Positions 9,769 through 21,052 of a stretch of 64,000 nucleotides of DNA are shown one piece after another. Location: the NCBI GenBank assembly GCA_020343655.1, contig CP070805.1, positions 2,086,676-2,150,675 of the forward strand, written 5' to 3'. The notes under the pieces are model-generated. The model was not told where the DNA came from. It did not search any database and worked only from the letters and a program-made list of their open reading frames with translations. The stretch is from Promethearchaeota archaeon (GTDB taxonomy: Archaea > Asgardarchaeota > Lokiarchaeia > Sigyniarchaeales > SOKP01). How positions within the stretch are numbered: position 1 is the stretch's first letter; every line of letters starts with the position of its first letter. Made by a program: the position numbers and the translations under genes.

Positions 9769-10668
9769 ATGGAGAAAAAACCAATAGCATTAGCTTGTAG
9801 AATGGATTCAGAAAGAGCTATTAAATTAACGAGAAGAATTTTTGAGTTCTTAGTCCAAAAAGGCGAAGTTGTTTATTTGGAAACAAGAATAGCACCCAAA
9901 ATTTTTCCTCATAATGGAATGGATTTAAGTGAAATGACTGCTGAAAACATAAAATTCATTATAATTATTGGTGGAGATGGATCAATATTAAGAGTTGCTA
10001 ATGGTTTATCTCAGAAAAATCCTCCACCTATCTTGGGTGTTAATGTTGGTTCTATAGGTTTCCTCGATGAATCCAATGAAAGAATGGTTTTTAAGGATAT
10101 AACAAGAATTTTAAATGGCGAATATGAATTAGAACATTGTTCAAAAATAACCGCATATATAGTGAAAAACTCTGATGAAATCAGATTGAGTAATGCATTA
10201 AATGAAGTTTTAATTGTATCTTCTAAGAGTTCGAAAGTCTTACAAGTATCTATTAAAATCAATGGCACTTTCCTAAATCGTAGTTATTTGGATGGAGTAA
10301 TTGTCTCAACTTCTACAGGCTCTACAGCTTACAATTTAAGTGCTGGGGGAGCTATAGTAAATCCTGGTATGGAAATTATGCAAATAACTCCATTAAATAG
10401 TTTTGCTGGATCAGGCTTAAAGCCAATAATAATACCTATTGATTCTGAAGTAGAAATTCAGCTTCTAAGACCACGTTTAGATGCTAAAATTGTAATAGAT
10501 GGGCAACAAATAATTAAGAGAATTGCACCTAATACTAAAATTAGAATTCGAAAAGCAAACTCTCAAAATAAATTTATTCGGTTTAGTAAAAGTTATTATT
10601 CACGTTTAAGAAAGAAAATTATTGGCACATTAAGAAGAGTACCTATTGATGATTCCCCTGAAGAATAA
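9769..10668 (+). CDS. nadK: NAD kinase
   Basis: Contains GGDGSILR, NEV and STGSTAYNLSAGG motifs. I prefer the ATG at 9769 (GAGGG just upstream) over the TTG at 9760 given in the ORF track. Confidence 0.85.
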   Translation: MEKKPIALACRMDSERAIKLTRRIFEFLVQKGEVVYLETRIAPKIFPHNGMDLSEMTAENIKFIIIIGGDGSILRVANGLSQKNPPPILGVNVGSIGFLDESNERMVFKDITRILNGEYELEHCSKITAYIVKNSDEIRLSNALNEVLIVSSKSSKVLQVSIKINGTFLNRSYLDGVIVSTSTGSTAYNLSAGGAIVNPGMEIMQITPLNSFAGSGLKPIIIPIDSEVEIQLLRPRLDAKIVIDGQQIIKRIAPNTKIRIRKANSQNKFIRFSKSYYSRLRKKIIGTLRRVPIDDSPEE

Positions 10669-10728
10669 AATATAGGAAGGTTATGAATAGAGATTATTTT
10701 ACAAATTAATTCACCAAAGAACAGTGAT

Positions 10729-11265
10729 ATGAAACAAAAAGCTTCAATTTATATTTTAGATACAAATATTTTCCTCACTGGAATTGATTTTAATATATTC
10801 GAGGGGATCATTTATACAACACCTTCTATAATTGAGGAAGTAAAAGTTAGCAAATACCTTGATAGAACTAGAAATATTTTAAATAAAATTAATGCAGCAA
10901 TCGAGACCAGAAAACTAAAGATAAAATCTCCTCAAAGTAAGTTTATTGATAAGATAAAAGAAGCATCTAAAAAAACAGGAGATTTCAAAGCTTTATCAGA
11001 TGCAGATAAGGAATTGATAGCTTTAACATTAGAATTGATAGAAAAGCGAGATGAATTGGTAAAAATTTATTCTAATGATTATTCTATTGAAAATGTATGT
11101 TCTGAATTGAATATCCCTTTTTCTTCATTATATAAAGATGGGATTGAATCGAAGATAATATGGGAAATTTATTGTCCCTATTGCAAAAATATTCGCAACC
11201 CTGAAGATTTGAATAAAATATGTGAAATCTGTGGAACAAAATTTAAAAGACGACCAAAAAAATAA
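10729..11265 (+). CDS. nob1: Nob1-like endonuclease (PIN domain plus zinc ribbon)
   Basis: Has an N-terminal PIN motif (YILDTNIFL) and a C-terminal CPYC...CEICG ribbon. The size is typical of archaeal Nob1. Confidence 0.7.
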   Translation: MKQKASIYILDTNIFLTGIDFNIFEGIIYTTPSIIEEVKVSKYLDRTRNILNKINAAIETRKLKIKSPQSKFIDKIKEASKKTGDFKALSDADKELIALTLELIEKRDELVKIYSNDYSIENVCSELNIPFSSLYKDGIESKIIWEIYCPYCKNIRNPEDLNKICEICGTKFKRRPKK

Positions 11266-11344
11266 TATAAAATATTAGTGGAAATTATATAAGTTGTATT
11301 ATAAATATTTATTGTAGAGGTAGAAAATAGGGAATAAATTAAAT

Positions 11345-12400
11345 ATGGGCGTAAAAATAAATGAATTGGTAAAACAAGTTAAAAGAACAATCACTTTTGA
11401 AAATCTCTTTAAAAAAAGTATAGCAATCGACGCATTCAATACGATTTATCAGTTTTTAGCAATAATTCGTCAGAGAGATGGAACTCCTTTGAAAGATTAT
11501 CAAGGAAATATAACTTCTCATCTTTCTGGCCTTTTCTATAGAACGATAAATTTTTTAGAACACAGTGTTAAGCCAATTTATGTATTTGATGGTATTCCTT
11601 CCGAATTGAAATTAGGGACTATTAGAGAAAGAAAAAAGATTAAAGAGGAAGCCAGGAAGAAAATGATTAAAGCCCAAGATGATGAAGATTTTAGAGAAGC
11701 TAAAAAATTCGCTCAATTAACTTCAAAACTTGACTCTGATATGATAGAAGAGAGTAAAAAATTGATTGAGTACATGGGAATACCTATAATTCAAGCTAGT
11801 TCTGAAGGGGAAGCACAATCTGCATATTTAGTAGAGGTAAATGATGCTTGGGCATGCGCTTCTCAAGATTATGATACTTTATTGTTTGGAGGAGAACGAT
11901 TGATTAGAAATTTTGCTATAAGCCGAAGTAAAAAGGTTAGAGATACAACAGTTACTTTAGAGATTGAGTATATTTCATTAGCTAAATTTTTGAGCAATCT
12001 TGGCATAACTCGGGAGCAATTGATTGATATGGGAATATTAATTGGCACAGATTTTTTTCCAGGTATTAAAGGTATTGGTCAAAAAACCGCATATGACTTG
12101 ATTAAAAAATACAATAATATAGAAAAAATACTAGAAAATAATGTTATGGTGGGGGGTAAGGAGATTTTTATAGATCTAGAATTAGTGACCCAGATTAGAG
12201 AAATATTTCTAAATCCTGATGTAAAAAAAGATTATAAGATAGCAAAACCAAAAAAGATCAATTTTGAAAAACTAGAAGATTTACTTATAGAGCAACATAA
12301 TTTTTCAAAACAAAGAGTACAAAATGCTTTAGAAAGACTAATGAAATTAGATTCATCAAAAATTCAAGTCTCTTTAGATGATTTTCTTAAAACAAAATAA
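11345..12400 (+). CDS. fen: Flap endonuclease 1
   Basis: Has the MGV...IAIDAFNTIYQFL N-domain, GEAQSAYL, and the H3TH region GTDFFPGIKGIGQKTA. Confidence 0.95.
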   Translation: MGVKINELVKQVKRTITFENLFKKSIAIDAFNTIYQFLAIIRQRDGTPLKDYQGNITSHLSGLFYRTINFLEHSVKPIYVFDGIPSELKLGTIRERKKIKEEARKKMIKAQDDEDFREAKKFAQLTSKLDSDMIEESKKLIEYMGIPIIQASSEGEAQSAYLVEVNDAWACASQDYDTLLFGGERLIRNFAISRSKKVRDTTVTLEIEYISLAKFLSNLGITREQLIDMGILIGTDFFPGIKGIGQKTAYDLIKKYNNIEKILENNVMVGGKEIFIDLELVTQIREIFLNPDVKKDYKIAKPKKINFEKLEDLLIEQHNFSKQRVQNALERLMKLDSSKIQVSLDDFLKTK

Positions 12401-12489
12401 ATTTCTTATTAAAAAAAAAAACAAAAATTTTTACGAAATTAATATTTCTTAATATTAGAATAATATTATTTAATTAAAATTGAAATATC

Positions 12490-14733
12490 ATGTCATCGAA
12501 AGGCAATGATAGTAAGGAAAAAGATGATAAAAAAGATAATGATTTGCCACGTGTAACTTTACGTGTCCAAAAGGCTAAAAAACGGGATATAGGGCGCAAT
12601 ATCATTAGAATTGATCCAAAGACTATGGAAAAGTTAAAAATTCAAACTGGAGACGTCATATCTGTTAATGGTAAGAAACAGAGTGCTGGAATTGCATGGC
12701 CAAGTTATCCACAAGATAATGGATTAGGAATTGTGCGAGTTGATTCTAGAATTCAGAAGAATACGGGGACAAGAATTGACGATACTATTGAAATTCAAAA
12801 AGTTAAAGCTGAAGTTGCTCAAAACGTTGTATTAGCACCATCAAATTTTCCAGTTAAAAATAATCCAAGGTTTGAAAGTTTTGTAAAAAGGAAGTTAAAT
12901 AATTATCCAATAACACTTGATGATTTTATCTTTATATCTATTGGCATTAGTCGAGAAATCACATTTAAAGTAATTAGTATGAGGCCTAATGGAGTTTGTG
13001 TTATAAAGCAAGATACTGTACTTAATATAAGTGATCGAATCACTGAGGAAGCAGAAAGAGGGCTTAATTATATAACTTATGAAGATGTTGGTGGATTGGA
13101 TCGAGAGATCCAACGCGTTAGAGAAATGGTAGAATTGCCTTTAAGGCATCCTTCTTTATTCAAGCGTTTAGGAATAGATCCACCTAAAGGAGTTTTACTA
13201 AGAGGCCCCCCTGGTTGTGGAAAAACCTTGTTAGCAAGAGCTGTAGCAAATGAAAGTGAAGCATATTTCATTTCAATAAATGGTCCAGAGGTTATGAGCA
13301 AATTTTATGGAGAATCTGAAAAAAAATTGCGAAAAATCTTTATTGAAGCAGAAGAAAAGAGCCCAGCAATTATTTTTATCGATGAAATTGATGCTATTGC
13401 TCCAAAAAGAGAAACTGTTACAGGAGAAGTAGAACGTAGAGTAGTAGCCCAATTATTAGCTTTAATGGATGGATTGCATGGTAGAGGGAAAGTGATCGTT
13501 ATCGGTGCTACTAATAGGCCTAATAGCTTAGATCCGGCGCTAAGGCGTCCAGGAAGATTTGATCGTGAAATTGAAATTAAAGTTCCTAATGAAAAGGGTA
13601 GGAGAGAAATTTTTCAGATACATACTCGAAATATGCCTCTTGACAAAAAAATATCATTAAAGGAATTTTCACAAATTACACATGGTTTTGTAGGAGCTGA
13701 TATTTCAGCAGTCTCTCGAGAAGCAGCTATGTCTGCATTGCGACGGTATTTGCCAAAAATTGATTTAGAATCAGAAATGATTGATCCTGAATTATTAGAA
13801 CAAATTGAAGTCACCAAACAGGATTTTGAAGAAGCTTTAAAAGAAGTATTACCTTCTGGAATAAGAGAAGTATTTGTAGAGGTTCCAAATGTTCCATGGG
13901 ATCAAGTAGGGGGTTTAGATGAGTTAAAACAAAAATTAATTGAGGCTGTTGAATGGCCATTATCACATCCTTCAATATTTAGTCGTATGGGGATAACACC
14001 TCCAAAGGGGATCCTACTTTATGGTCCTCCAGGTTGTGGTAAAACCTTATTAGCAAGAGCAGTGGCAACAGAAAGTAAAGCAAATTTTATATCTATAAAA
14101 GGTCCAGAACTCTTATCAAAATGGGTAGGAGAATCGGAGAAGGCAATACGAGAAGTCTTTCGTAAAGCAAAAATGGCATCTCCGTGTATCATTTTTTTTG
14201 ACGAATTTGATTCGATAGCACCAAGTAGAGGTAGACATACTTCAGATTCAGGTGTATCAGAAAAAGTTTTATCTCAATTTTTAACAGAGTTAGATGGTTT
14301 AGAAGTCATGAAAGATATCGTGGTGATCGCAGCTACAAATCGTCCTGATATCTTAGATCCAGCCTTAATAAGACCGGGGAGGATTGATAGAATATTACTA
14401 GTGCCCGTTCCAGAAGAAAAGGGAAGACTTGAAATTTTAAAAATATTTACAAAAGAGATGCCTTTAACCAGCAATATAAAATTAGAAGATTTAAATAAAA
14501 TGATTGATGGATTTTCTGGTGCAGACATTGAAACATGGTGTCGCGAAGCTGCTATGATTGCCTTAAGAGAAAATATTAGAGCGAGAAAAGTATCAATGGA
14601 AAATTTTAAAGAAGCAAGAGAACTTGTTAATCCTACATTAACGAATGAAGTAATTAGTTGGTATGAAAAGTTTGGTGAAAAGTTAAAAACCAGAAGAATA
14701 GAAGAATCAAAAGAAGATCGATTGTTTGTATAA
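12490..14733 (+). CDS. cdc48: CDC48/VCP/p97-type AAA+ ATPase
   Basis: Has an N-domain followed by two AAA modules, each with [15 protein letters not shown] Walker A and DEID/DEFD Walker B motifs. Confidence 0.95.
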   Translation: MSSKGNDSKEKDDKKDNDLPRVTLRVQKAKKRDIGRNIIRIDPKTMEKLKIQTGDVISVNGKKQSAGIAWPSYPQDNGLGIVRVDSRIQKNTGTRIDDTIEIQKVKAEVAQNVVLAPSNFPVKNNPRFESFVKRKLNNYPITLDDFIFISIGISREITFKVISMRPNGVCVIKQDTVLNISDRITEEAERGLNYITYEDVGGLDREIQRVREMVELPLRHPSLFKRLGIDPPKGVLLRGPPGCGKTLLARAVANESEAYFISINGPEVMSKFYGESEKKLRKIFIEAEEKSPAIIFIDEIDAIAPKRETVTGEVERRVVAQLLALMDGLHGRGKVIVIGATNRPNSLDPALRRPGRFDREIEIKVPNEKGRREIFQIHTRNMPLDKKISLKEFSQITHGFVGADISAVSREAAMSALRRYLPKIDLESEMIDPELLEQIEVTKQDFEEALKEVLPSGIREVFVEVPNVPWDQVGGLDELKQKLIEAVEWPLSHPSIFSRMGITPPKGILLYGPPGCGKTLLARAVATESKANFISIKGPELLSKWVGESEKAIREVFRKAKMASPCIIFFDEFDSIAPSRGRHTSDSGVSEKVLSQFLTELDGLEVMKDIVVIAATNRPDILDPALIRPGRIDRILLVPVPEEKGRLEILKIFTKEMPLTSNIKLEDLNKMIDGFSGADIETWCREAAMIALRENIRARKVSMENFKEARELVNPTLTNEVISWYEKFGEKLKTRRIEESKEDRLFV

Positions 14734-14795
14734 AATTCAAAAAATTATTTAGATAACACAGATTTTTTATCTTAACTTTATTTTAGGTGTTATAG

Positions 14796-15068
14796 ATGGA
14801 GTCTCATAGATGGAATCAAAAACCTGTAATCAATTCAATAATTGATATTTTAATTAAAAACAAGGGAGAAATTTTAGATAAAAGACTTGAAGAATTACTA
14901 AAAAAAGAGTTTCCTTTTGTTAATTCTTTAATATTAGAAGAAATATTCATGAAATTAGAAAGCATGAACATTGTAAATGTATTTAGAGTCTCAAAGAATA
15001 AAAAAATGATAGTACTTAATAAAAATAGTCAATCAATTAGGGAAGGAATAATTACAGATTTATTTTAA
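14796..15068 (+). CDS. Small hypothetical protein (90 aa)
   Basis: ORF only, with no motif recognised. It converges on the HerA-like gene and overlaps it by 9 nt. Confidence 0.35.
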   Translation: MESHRWNQKPVINSIIDILIKNKGEILDKRLEELLKKEFPFVNSLILEEIFMKLESMNIVNVFRVSKNKKMIVLNKNSQSIREGIITDLF

Positions 15069-16586
15069 TTCTTTTTTTTGCCAAATTAAGCAAGATTGGG
15101 ATAAAGTTATTGCATCAACTTTCGGTTTATACTTTCTTTCTCTCACATCAATGAACACAGGATAATTTACAGCATTCCCCATTAATAGCATTTCACCTAC
15201 ACCCAAACTAGAAATCATACTAGTGTATTCTTTGGTTATTGCCTCTGAACTGTCCATTAAATGTTTTAAATCATATGGGTTTTTTACATTTAATACTAAT
15301 TTTGAATTACATTGAGATAAAGCGGTAGTACTTAATTTTTTGGGGCGCTGACTAATTAAACATAGGCATGCCATGAATTTTCTACCTTCTCTCGCGAGCA
15401 TCTCAATGATAGGTTTTGAAATTGCTTTAGAATGGGCAGCTTCAGGACAAAACTGATGTGCTTCTTCTACAATTAATAGAAATGGAGGAATTTTATTCGT
15501 TCTTCGTAGCTCAAATAATCTATTACAAATATAATCAACAATAATTTGTTTTTTTCTAATACTTATTTCGTTTTGAAAGTTAAAAATTGTTATTTCTTGG
15601 TTTTTTACTACTTTTTCTAATATTGGATTTTCTTGATAACCAAATAGAGTTAATCGCTCTAATTCTGCTAACCAACCTATTAAAGCTTGTTTTGTGCTTT
15701 TATTTCCATCAGATTCGTTTTCGATCTGTTCAATTATATCTTTTAATGTGTATTTACTATTTTTATTCTTATCCCTTTTTAATTTTTTTATGTATTTTGA
15801 GAGTTCTCTAACTTGAACGTTTGAAATTTGTTCTTGATATTTTTTAAAAGAATAAACTGATAATTTAGGTATTCCAAGTTGAAAATAAGAAATATTTTCA
15901 ATTTTAATTTTATTTTTTAATTCAGGAATATCTTTTAAATAAATATATTCTCCATGAACGTCAAATAAAATGATAGCTGGTGTACCATAATCCTCTTTTC
16001 TCGACAGGAGCTCTTCAATAAGAATTGATGTAAGATAACTCTTTCCCCCTCCTGAGATTGATAGAATCGCAAAATGTTTGTTTAAAAGTCTGTTCATATT
16101 AATATTTGCATTAGAATTTGTTACTTTCACCCGACCTATATTTAAACCAAATTTGGTATCAAATCCAAGAAATTTATTGAGAATTTCTTCCTCTACGATA
16201 TAAACTCCCTTTCCAGGACTAGCAGGGTAAGTCATTCGTTGAACTCTTTCGATTTCTTTCAAATTATCATCTTTAAATTTTATTAATCCTAAACATTTTA
16301 CAATAGCAATCGCAAATTCAAAATCATCACTCGGAAAAAGCCCTTTTAAAATATTAGGATTATTGTTATTATTATAGGCTTTAATTGTTAGCGCATCAGT
16401 AAAATATTCATTTAATAATACAATTTCTTCAATAACACCAATTAAAAATCCCTCATTTGATTTAGTATAAACGAATAATCCCTTTTGTATAAACACCTCA
16501 TCTTGTCTTTTATTTATAACAAAAGGGAATTTTGATACATTGGGGAATTGTAAATAATTAAAAACAGTTCCAACTTTAATTGCCAT
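15060..16586 (-). CDS. HerA/FtsK-superfamily ATPase (DUF87-like)
   Basis: Has Walker A LSISGGGKSYLTS and Walker B LLIVEEAHQF, plus an N-terminal barrel-like region. No NurA-like partner is adjacent. Confidence 0.7.
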   Translation of the reverse strand: MAIKVGTVFNYLQFPNVSKFPFVINKRQDEVFIQKGLFVYTKSNEGFLIGVIEEIVLLNEYFTDALTIKAYNNNNNPNILKGLFPSDDFEFAIAIVKCLGLIKFKDDNLKEIERVQRMTYPASPGKGVYIVEEEILNKFLGFDTKFGLNIGRVKVTNSNANINMNRLLNKHFAILSISGGGKSYLTSILIEELLSRKEDYGTPAIILFDVHGEYIYLKDIPELKNKIKIENISYFQLGIPKLSVYSFKKYQEQISNVQVRELSKYIKKLKRDKNKNSKYTLKDIIEQIENESDGNKSTKQALIGWLAELERLTLFGYQENPILEKVVKNQEITIFNFQNEISIRKKQIIVDYICNRLFELRRTNKIPPFLLIVEEAHQFCPEAAHSKAISKPIIEMLAREGRKFMACLCLISQRPKKLSTTALSQCNSKLVLNVKNPYDLKHLMDSSEAITKEYTSMISSLGVGEMLLMGNAVNYPVFIDVRERKYKPKVDAITLSQSCLIWQKKELK

Positions 16587-16739
16587 ATTATCAAATAGGC
16601 GTAATCAGATTGATTATAATTATGGTTTGAATTTATTAGAGAATAAATTTAAATAAAAAGAATAAAAGAGCAAAAAATTTCTAATTTAATCAAAAAAAAA
16701 AATCAAAAATTTGTAAGATATTTTATTTTTCAAGAAAGT

Positions 16740-17357
16740 CTAATCCTTCTTTTCTTTTTCTAAAGAACCTAATAGTCTTAAAATCAAATAATACCCATTC
16801 TTCCAAAAGTATATCAAAAAAAGAATGACACCAACAAGTAAAAAGAGTCCGATTCCAATAAATAGCACCCGTGGACCTGTACTTCCTAAAAATGTCAAAA
16901 TAGCTGAGGGGTCTCCAGCGGAACTAGCAAAAATATCCCATATAATTGCAATAATAACACCAATAATAATACCAATTAAACTAACCAATAAACCCCCGGC
17001 TGCGATTTTAACATCAATGCGATTCTTATATTTTTCCTCAAGCTCTCTCTTCCTATAAATGAAATTTATCAAGGAACGTGAAGTTTTTTTAAACAATCCA
17101 AAAAAGAAAACTAATAAAAAAAACAAACCCGCTAATAGTCCACCAATAATAGCGATCTGATATCCTGTATTAAGTCCTAAAAATGTTAACCATTTTCCAG
17201 TTGTACCAATAAAGATATCCGCAAAGGTCCAAACAACACCACCAATAGTAATTATACTTGCTATAACTATTATAATAAAAAATATTAAGGCTATCACTTT
17301 CTGACTTTTTCTATATTCTCTAGACAATCTTGAAGATTGATTTTCCATTTTATTCAC
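16740..17357 (-). CDS. Integral membrane protein with internal two-fold repeat
   Basis: Four predicted TM helices. The two halves share W.F.DIF...LTFLG..TG blocks. Confidence 0.6.
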   Translation of the reverse strand: MNKMENQSSRLSREYRKSQKVIALIFFIIIVIASIITIGGVVWTFADIFIGTTGKWLTFLGLNTGYQIAIIGGLLAGLFFLLVFFFGLFKKTSRSLINFIYRKRELEEKYKNRIDVKIAAGGLLVSLIGIIIGVIIAIIWDIFASSAGDPSAILTFLGSTGPRVLFIGIGLFLLVGVILFLIYFWKNGYYLILRLLGSLEKEKKD

Positions 17358-17529
17358 TTTTTTGTTTTTCTGCTCTGTAGGTAATTTTAATTATAGAAAG
17401 AATAACAATTAAAATATATAAAATTGATTATTATGAAGAAAATTCAGACAATATTCATAATTTTTATGTTGATATACTATTCTTATTAGTTTTAAAGATA
17501 TTGAAAGGAAATTAATAAAAAATCCAATT

Positions 17530-18201
17530 TTACTTGATTTTATTGTATCCGCACTTTGGGCAAACTAGTTTACCGAATCCCACACCATAATCTTTGATTT
17601 CTGTCAGCATTCCATTGCAAATAGGACATTTTGCTTCAAATGTAGGAAACCACTGTCCTTTAATATTCGGCATCTGTTTAAGCATATTATTAAATTTCAA
17701 TTTTTCTAATTCTTTCCTATTTATTTGTAGTAATTGTCGTTCTTCGGCAATAGATTTTCCTTTAGGTGCTAAAACCATTAAAAATTTCATTTTTTCCGGA
17801 TTATTTAATAAAGATAACGTACGTATAATGGCTTCTTTTTTATATTGTTTAAACAATTTCCCTAATTCTGGAGGAGCTAAAGCCACCAAGATTGCTTTTT
17901 CTTTCGATTTTTGTATTAGAAACTGGTAGATTCTTCTCTCATTATCCATTCCCCACACAAAATTCCAGGGCTCAATATCATAATCTTCAGCATTAGGCCC
18001 AATAATCCTTTTAATGCTTTCAACCCATGAATAATGTTTGAATTTATACAAATTTGAGAGAATATCATCAAAAAATTCTGGTTCAATTACAGGATATTTC
18101 TTAAATATATTTTTCAATGAAAACAATTTAACTTCAGTTAATATATCTGAATTAAGTGTATCCCAGGGAGTTAAAGTAAAGATTCTAAAGAAACTAATCA
18201 T
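17530..18201 (-). CDS. Hypothetical protein with C-terminal zinc ribbon
   Basis: 223 aa ending in CPICNG...CPKCG. No other motif recognised. Confidence 0.5.
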   Translation of the reverse strand: MISFFRIFTLTPWDTLNSDILTEVKLFSLKNIFKKYPVIEPEFFDDILSNLYKFKHYSWVESIKRIIGPNAEDYDIEPWNFVWGMDNERRIYQFLIQKSKEKAILVALAPPELGKLFKQYKKEAIIRTLSLLNNPEKMKFLMVLAPKGKSIAEERQLLQINRKELEKLKFNNMLKQMPNIKGQWFPTFEAKCPICNGMLTEIKDYGVGFGKLVCPKCGYNKIK

Positions 18202-18288
18202 ATAATATCAATAGATTCAATGTTTAAAAATTAATTTTATATTTTAAATTAACAATTTTTAAAAATCACATTCAACATTATATCTCGT

Positions 18289-19440
18289 ATGACCTCAATT
18301 TGGGATACTAAGGCTGATGCTGTTCAAAAAGGAGATAAATTAAGAGATGTCTCTCCTTTGCACGATAAAACTAAAGTGGATGAAAACGGTTTCACACACT
18401 ATGTATTCAGTAAGATTATGTTTAATAATCCATGGTATAAAATACCTGATGATGAATTAGAGTTATTTAAAAAATATTTAGATGGAGGATCAAGAATGTA
18501 TCCTTCGGATGGGAAAATTCCTTGCGATATCGTAGCGGGTGAAGCTAGGAAAGTTTTAAATCATATTGTTTCATGTACGGAGGATTCAACTAATCCTTAC
18601 TGTAATAACGCTAAAAAAGCACTAAAAAATGGAAAAAAGGCTATGGTACGGGGTACTTTAAAGTTATATCTAGGTAAATATACATCAAGGGATTGGAGAA
18701 GAAAACGTTTTACTGATGATATAGATTTTTGGTGCTTTGAGGTAGGTGTTTTAGACCATGCTTTAAAAGAATGTGGATGGATTAAGAATAAAGAAACCGG
18801 TGAGTTCGAAAAACAAGTTCAATGGACTAATCCTGATACAGGTGAAGTAAGATATGAGGCACTCTGTGCTGCGAATAATTTAAATCAATTACTGGATTTT
18901 GGAGCAGGAAGTTATCTTGAGGGAACAGGATTGAAAGAAATTTTCAATAAAAAGCTAAAAAGAGGTCATGACGTTGATCTTAGTGATATTATGAATGTAG
19001 TCTTAAATAATAAGGAACTAGTAGATAGAAGTGAGGAGGAATGGAATAATATTTGGGAAACTTTTGAAGCTGCTACTAATACTAGAAATTCTAGAATCAC
19101 TTCAAACCTAATTAGTTTATGTAGATATTCATTAGGTACTGCTGATTATTTAGAAAGAGTAAGTTATGTTATTAATAAGTATCATGATAAAATCCTTGAT
19201 TTAATTGAATCTCCTAATGATAGCTTAGAAAAAATTTGTAGAATGTCAATTCATTGGATGAACTACCTAAAAGAAAGCGGTCCTGATGAAACTAGGAATA
19301 TGATACATCAATTTTTACTTGAACAGAAAGATGAAAAATTAATTCAAGCAAAGAATCTAAGAGATTTTGCATATCGTGTTCTGAAATTGCTAAATTCTAA
19401 GTATGAATATCTCAAGATTATATTTGAAATTGAGAGCTGA
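18289..19440 (+). CDS. Hypothetical protein; possible AbiEii/DUF1814-like nucleotidyltransferase
   Basis: RGTLKLYLGKYTSRDWRRKRFTDDIDFW resembles the GGTAL....R.S.DLDF motif of AbiEii-type nucleotidyltransferases. This is motif-level evidence only. Confidence 0.4.
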   Translation: MTSIWDTKADAVQKGDKLRDVSPLHDKTKVDENGFTHYVFSKIMFNNPWYKIPDDELELFKKYLDGGSRMYPSDGKIPCDIVAGEARKVLNHIVSCTEDSTNPYCNNAKKALKNGKKAMVRGTLKLYLGKYTSRDWRRKRFTDDIDFWCFEVGVLDHALKECGWIKNKETGEFEKQVQWTNPDTGEVRYEALCAANNLNQLLDFGAGSYLEGTGLKEIFNKKLKRGHDVDLSDIMNVVLNNKELVDRSEEEWNNIWETFEAATNTRNSRITSNLISLCRYSLGTADYLERVSYVINKYHDKILDLIESPNDSLEKICRMSIHWMNYLKESGPDETRNMIHQFLLEQKDEKLIQAKNLRDFAYRVLKLLNSKYEYLKIIFEIES

Positions 19441-19452
19441 TTAAAGAAATTC

Positions 19453-19476
19453 ATCGTGAAAGATGCGTTTCACGAT
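19453..19476. terminator. Perfect 9-bp hairpin between convergent genes
   Basis: ATCGTGAAA-gatgcg-TTTCACGAT lies 13 nt after the stop of 18289..19440 and 76 nt after the stop of the MFS gene. Confidence 0.4.
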
Positions 19477-19551
19477 CATTAATACCAAATTTTATATCTT
19501 AAATCATTATTAAATCGTTGATTATTAATAATAAACAAATATAGAAATCTC

Positions 19552-20826
19552 TCATTCAATTGAAGTAACAGTAAGTTCAAGTAGTTCTTCTTTCCTAGGT
19601 TTTTTTTCTTTTGAAAAACGCTCTTTAGTGATCTTATGAACTAATAAAAATCCTATTAATGAAATCAGAGAAAGAAGCCCAGCTAAATACCATACCCAGT
19701 TTGGTCCAATATGCTCTATAATTAAACCTGCGACTAAAACTCCAAAAAGATTCGGGATCGACCATTGAAAAGCAAACATACCCATATATCGACCTCGTTT
19801 ATCTTCTGGAGCAAATGATGCAGCTATACTTTGAGCAAGAGGGAATACAATCATTTCTCCTACTGTGATAATAATCATAGCGATAAAAAACAAGTATGGT
19901 TCAGAAATAAAACCATACATTCCAAAACCAATCATAAGAAATATCGTTCCAAAAGCCATCATTTTCATGGGAGCATATTTTGAAATCTTCCTAGTTATCC
20001 AGAATTGAAAAAGCACTACCATTAACGCATTCATGCTTAATAACAAGCTAAAACCTTGAGTGGGGAACCCATGAACATCTCGTAAGAATACTGACAGTGT
20101 ACTATTCATTTGCATATAAACTAATAATGTTATAGCAGACACAGCTAGAAATAACATATATTTCCAATCCTTTACCACCTCTTTATATCCTATAAGGGTT
20201 TTCATTACTGATTCTTCTGATGTGTTATCCTGCATTTGAGGTTTGGTCTCTGGAATGACAATATATACAATAACTGCGGTAATAATACTGCTCACAGCAT
20301 CCGAAATAAATAGAAATAAATAGGATTGGGTTGCTATAAATCCACCCAAAAGAGGACCAATCACTGCTGAAAGATTATATGCCACTCTTAGAATCCCAAA
20401 TCCTTCAGTTCGTTTCTCCTTTGGAAGTAAATCCGCCACCATTGCCCGTCGTGCAGGACCTCCAAAATTGCCTATCAAGCCTAAGAAGGCTGAGAGTAGA
20501 TAAAAAGTATTCATATTATTAGCTAAACCCATCAATATACTCCCTATCCCGCTTACAACTAAACCAATTAAAACCATCGCACGACGACCATATTTATCAG
20601 CTAAAGCTCCTCCGATCACAACACCGAATATATTTCCCATAGCCAAGATCGAAAATAGGTACCCTACTTCGATCATCCCTACTCCAAAACGTTCTGTCAT
20701 ATACAGAGCATAAAAGGGATATAATAAGAAGCTTCCAAGCTGGTCAATAAAAGTGGCGAGAGTTAGCACTTTAAATGCATTGGGATATTCGTTGTACATA
20801 TTTTTAATTTTTGCGAACATAAGCAA
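19552..20826 (-). CDS. MFS transporter
   Basis: About 12 TM helices and the MFS motif A GALADKYGRR. Confidence 0.85.
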   Translation of the reverse strand: MLMFAKIKNMYNEYPNAFKVLTLATFIDQLGSFLLYPFYALYMTERFGVGMIEVGYLFSILAMGNIFGVVIGGALADKYGRRAMVLIGLVVSGIGSILMGLANNMNTFYLLSAFLGLIGNFGGPARRAMVADLLPKEKRTEGFGILRVAYNLSAVIGPLLGGFIATQSYLFLFISDAVSSIITAVIVYIVIPETKPQMQDNTSEESVMKTLIGYKEVVKDWKYMLFLAVSAITLLVYMQMNSTLSVFLRDVHGFPTQGFSLLLSMNALMVVLFQFWITRKISKYAPMKMMAFGTIFLMIGFGMYGFISEPYLFFIAMIIITVGEMIVFPLAQSIAASFAPEDKRGRYMGMFAFQWSIPNLFGVLVAGLIIEHIGPNWVWYLAGLLSLISLIGFLLVHKITKERFSKEKKPRKEELLELTVTSIE

Positions 20827-21052
20827 GTTATCTATTTAAGATTTTAAGATTATAAAGTTGAGATTTATGATTTTTTAAAAATAATTTACATAAATTTGCT
20901 ATTCAGTGTGTAAGATAAGGAAATTTGAATATTTATAGATTAAATTGTTGAACTACAATGAAACTTTGAACTTGAGAAAAAAAGTAAACTTATCAAATTA
21001 GATAAAAATCAATTATTAAAAATTATACCATAATATAGATCCTTAAAAAAAA

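Noticed and set aside
16360-16380. Asn run (NNNNNPN) in the HerA-like ATPase as a possible repeat or slippage site
   Set aside because: It is a short AAT-rich low-complexity stretch of the kind expected in a ~30% G+C genome. It is in frame and lies in a loop-like region.
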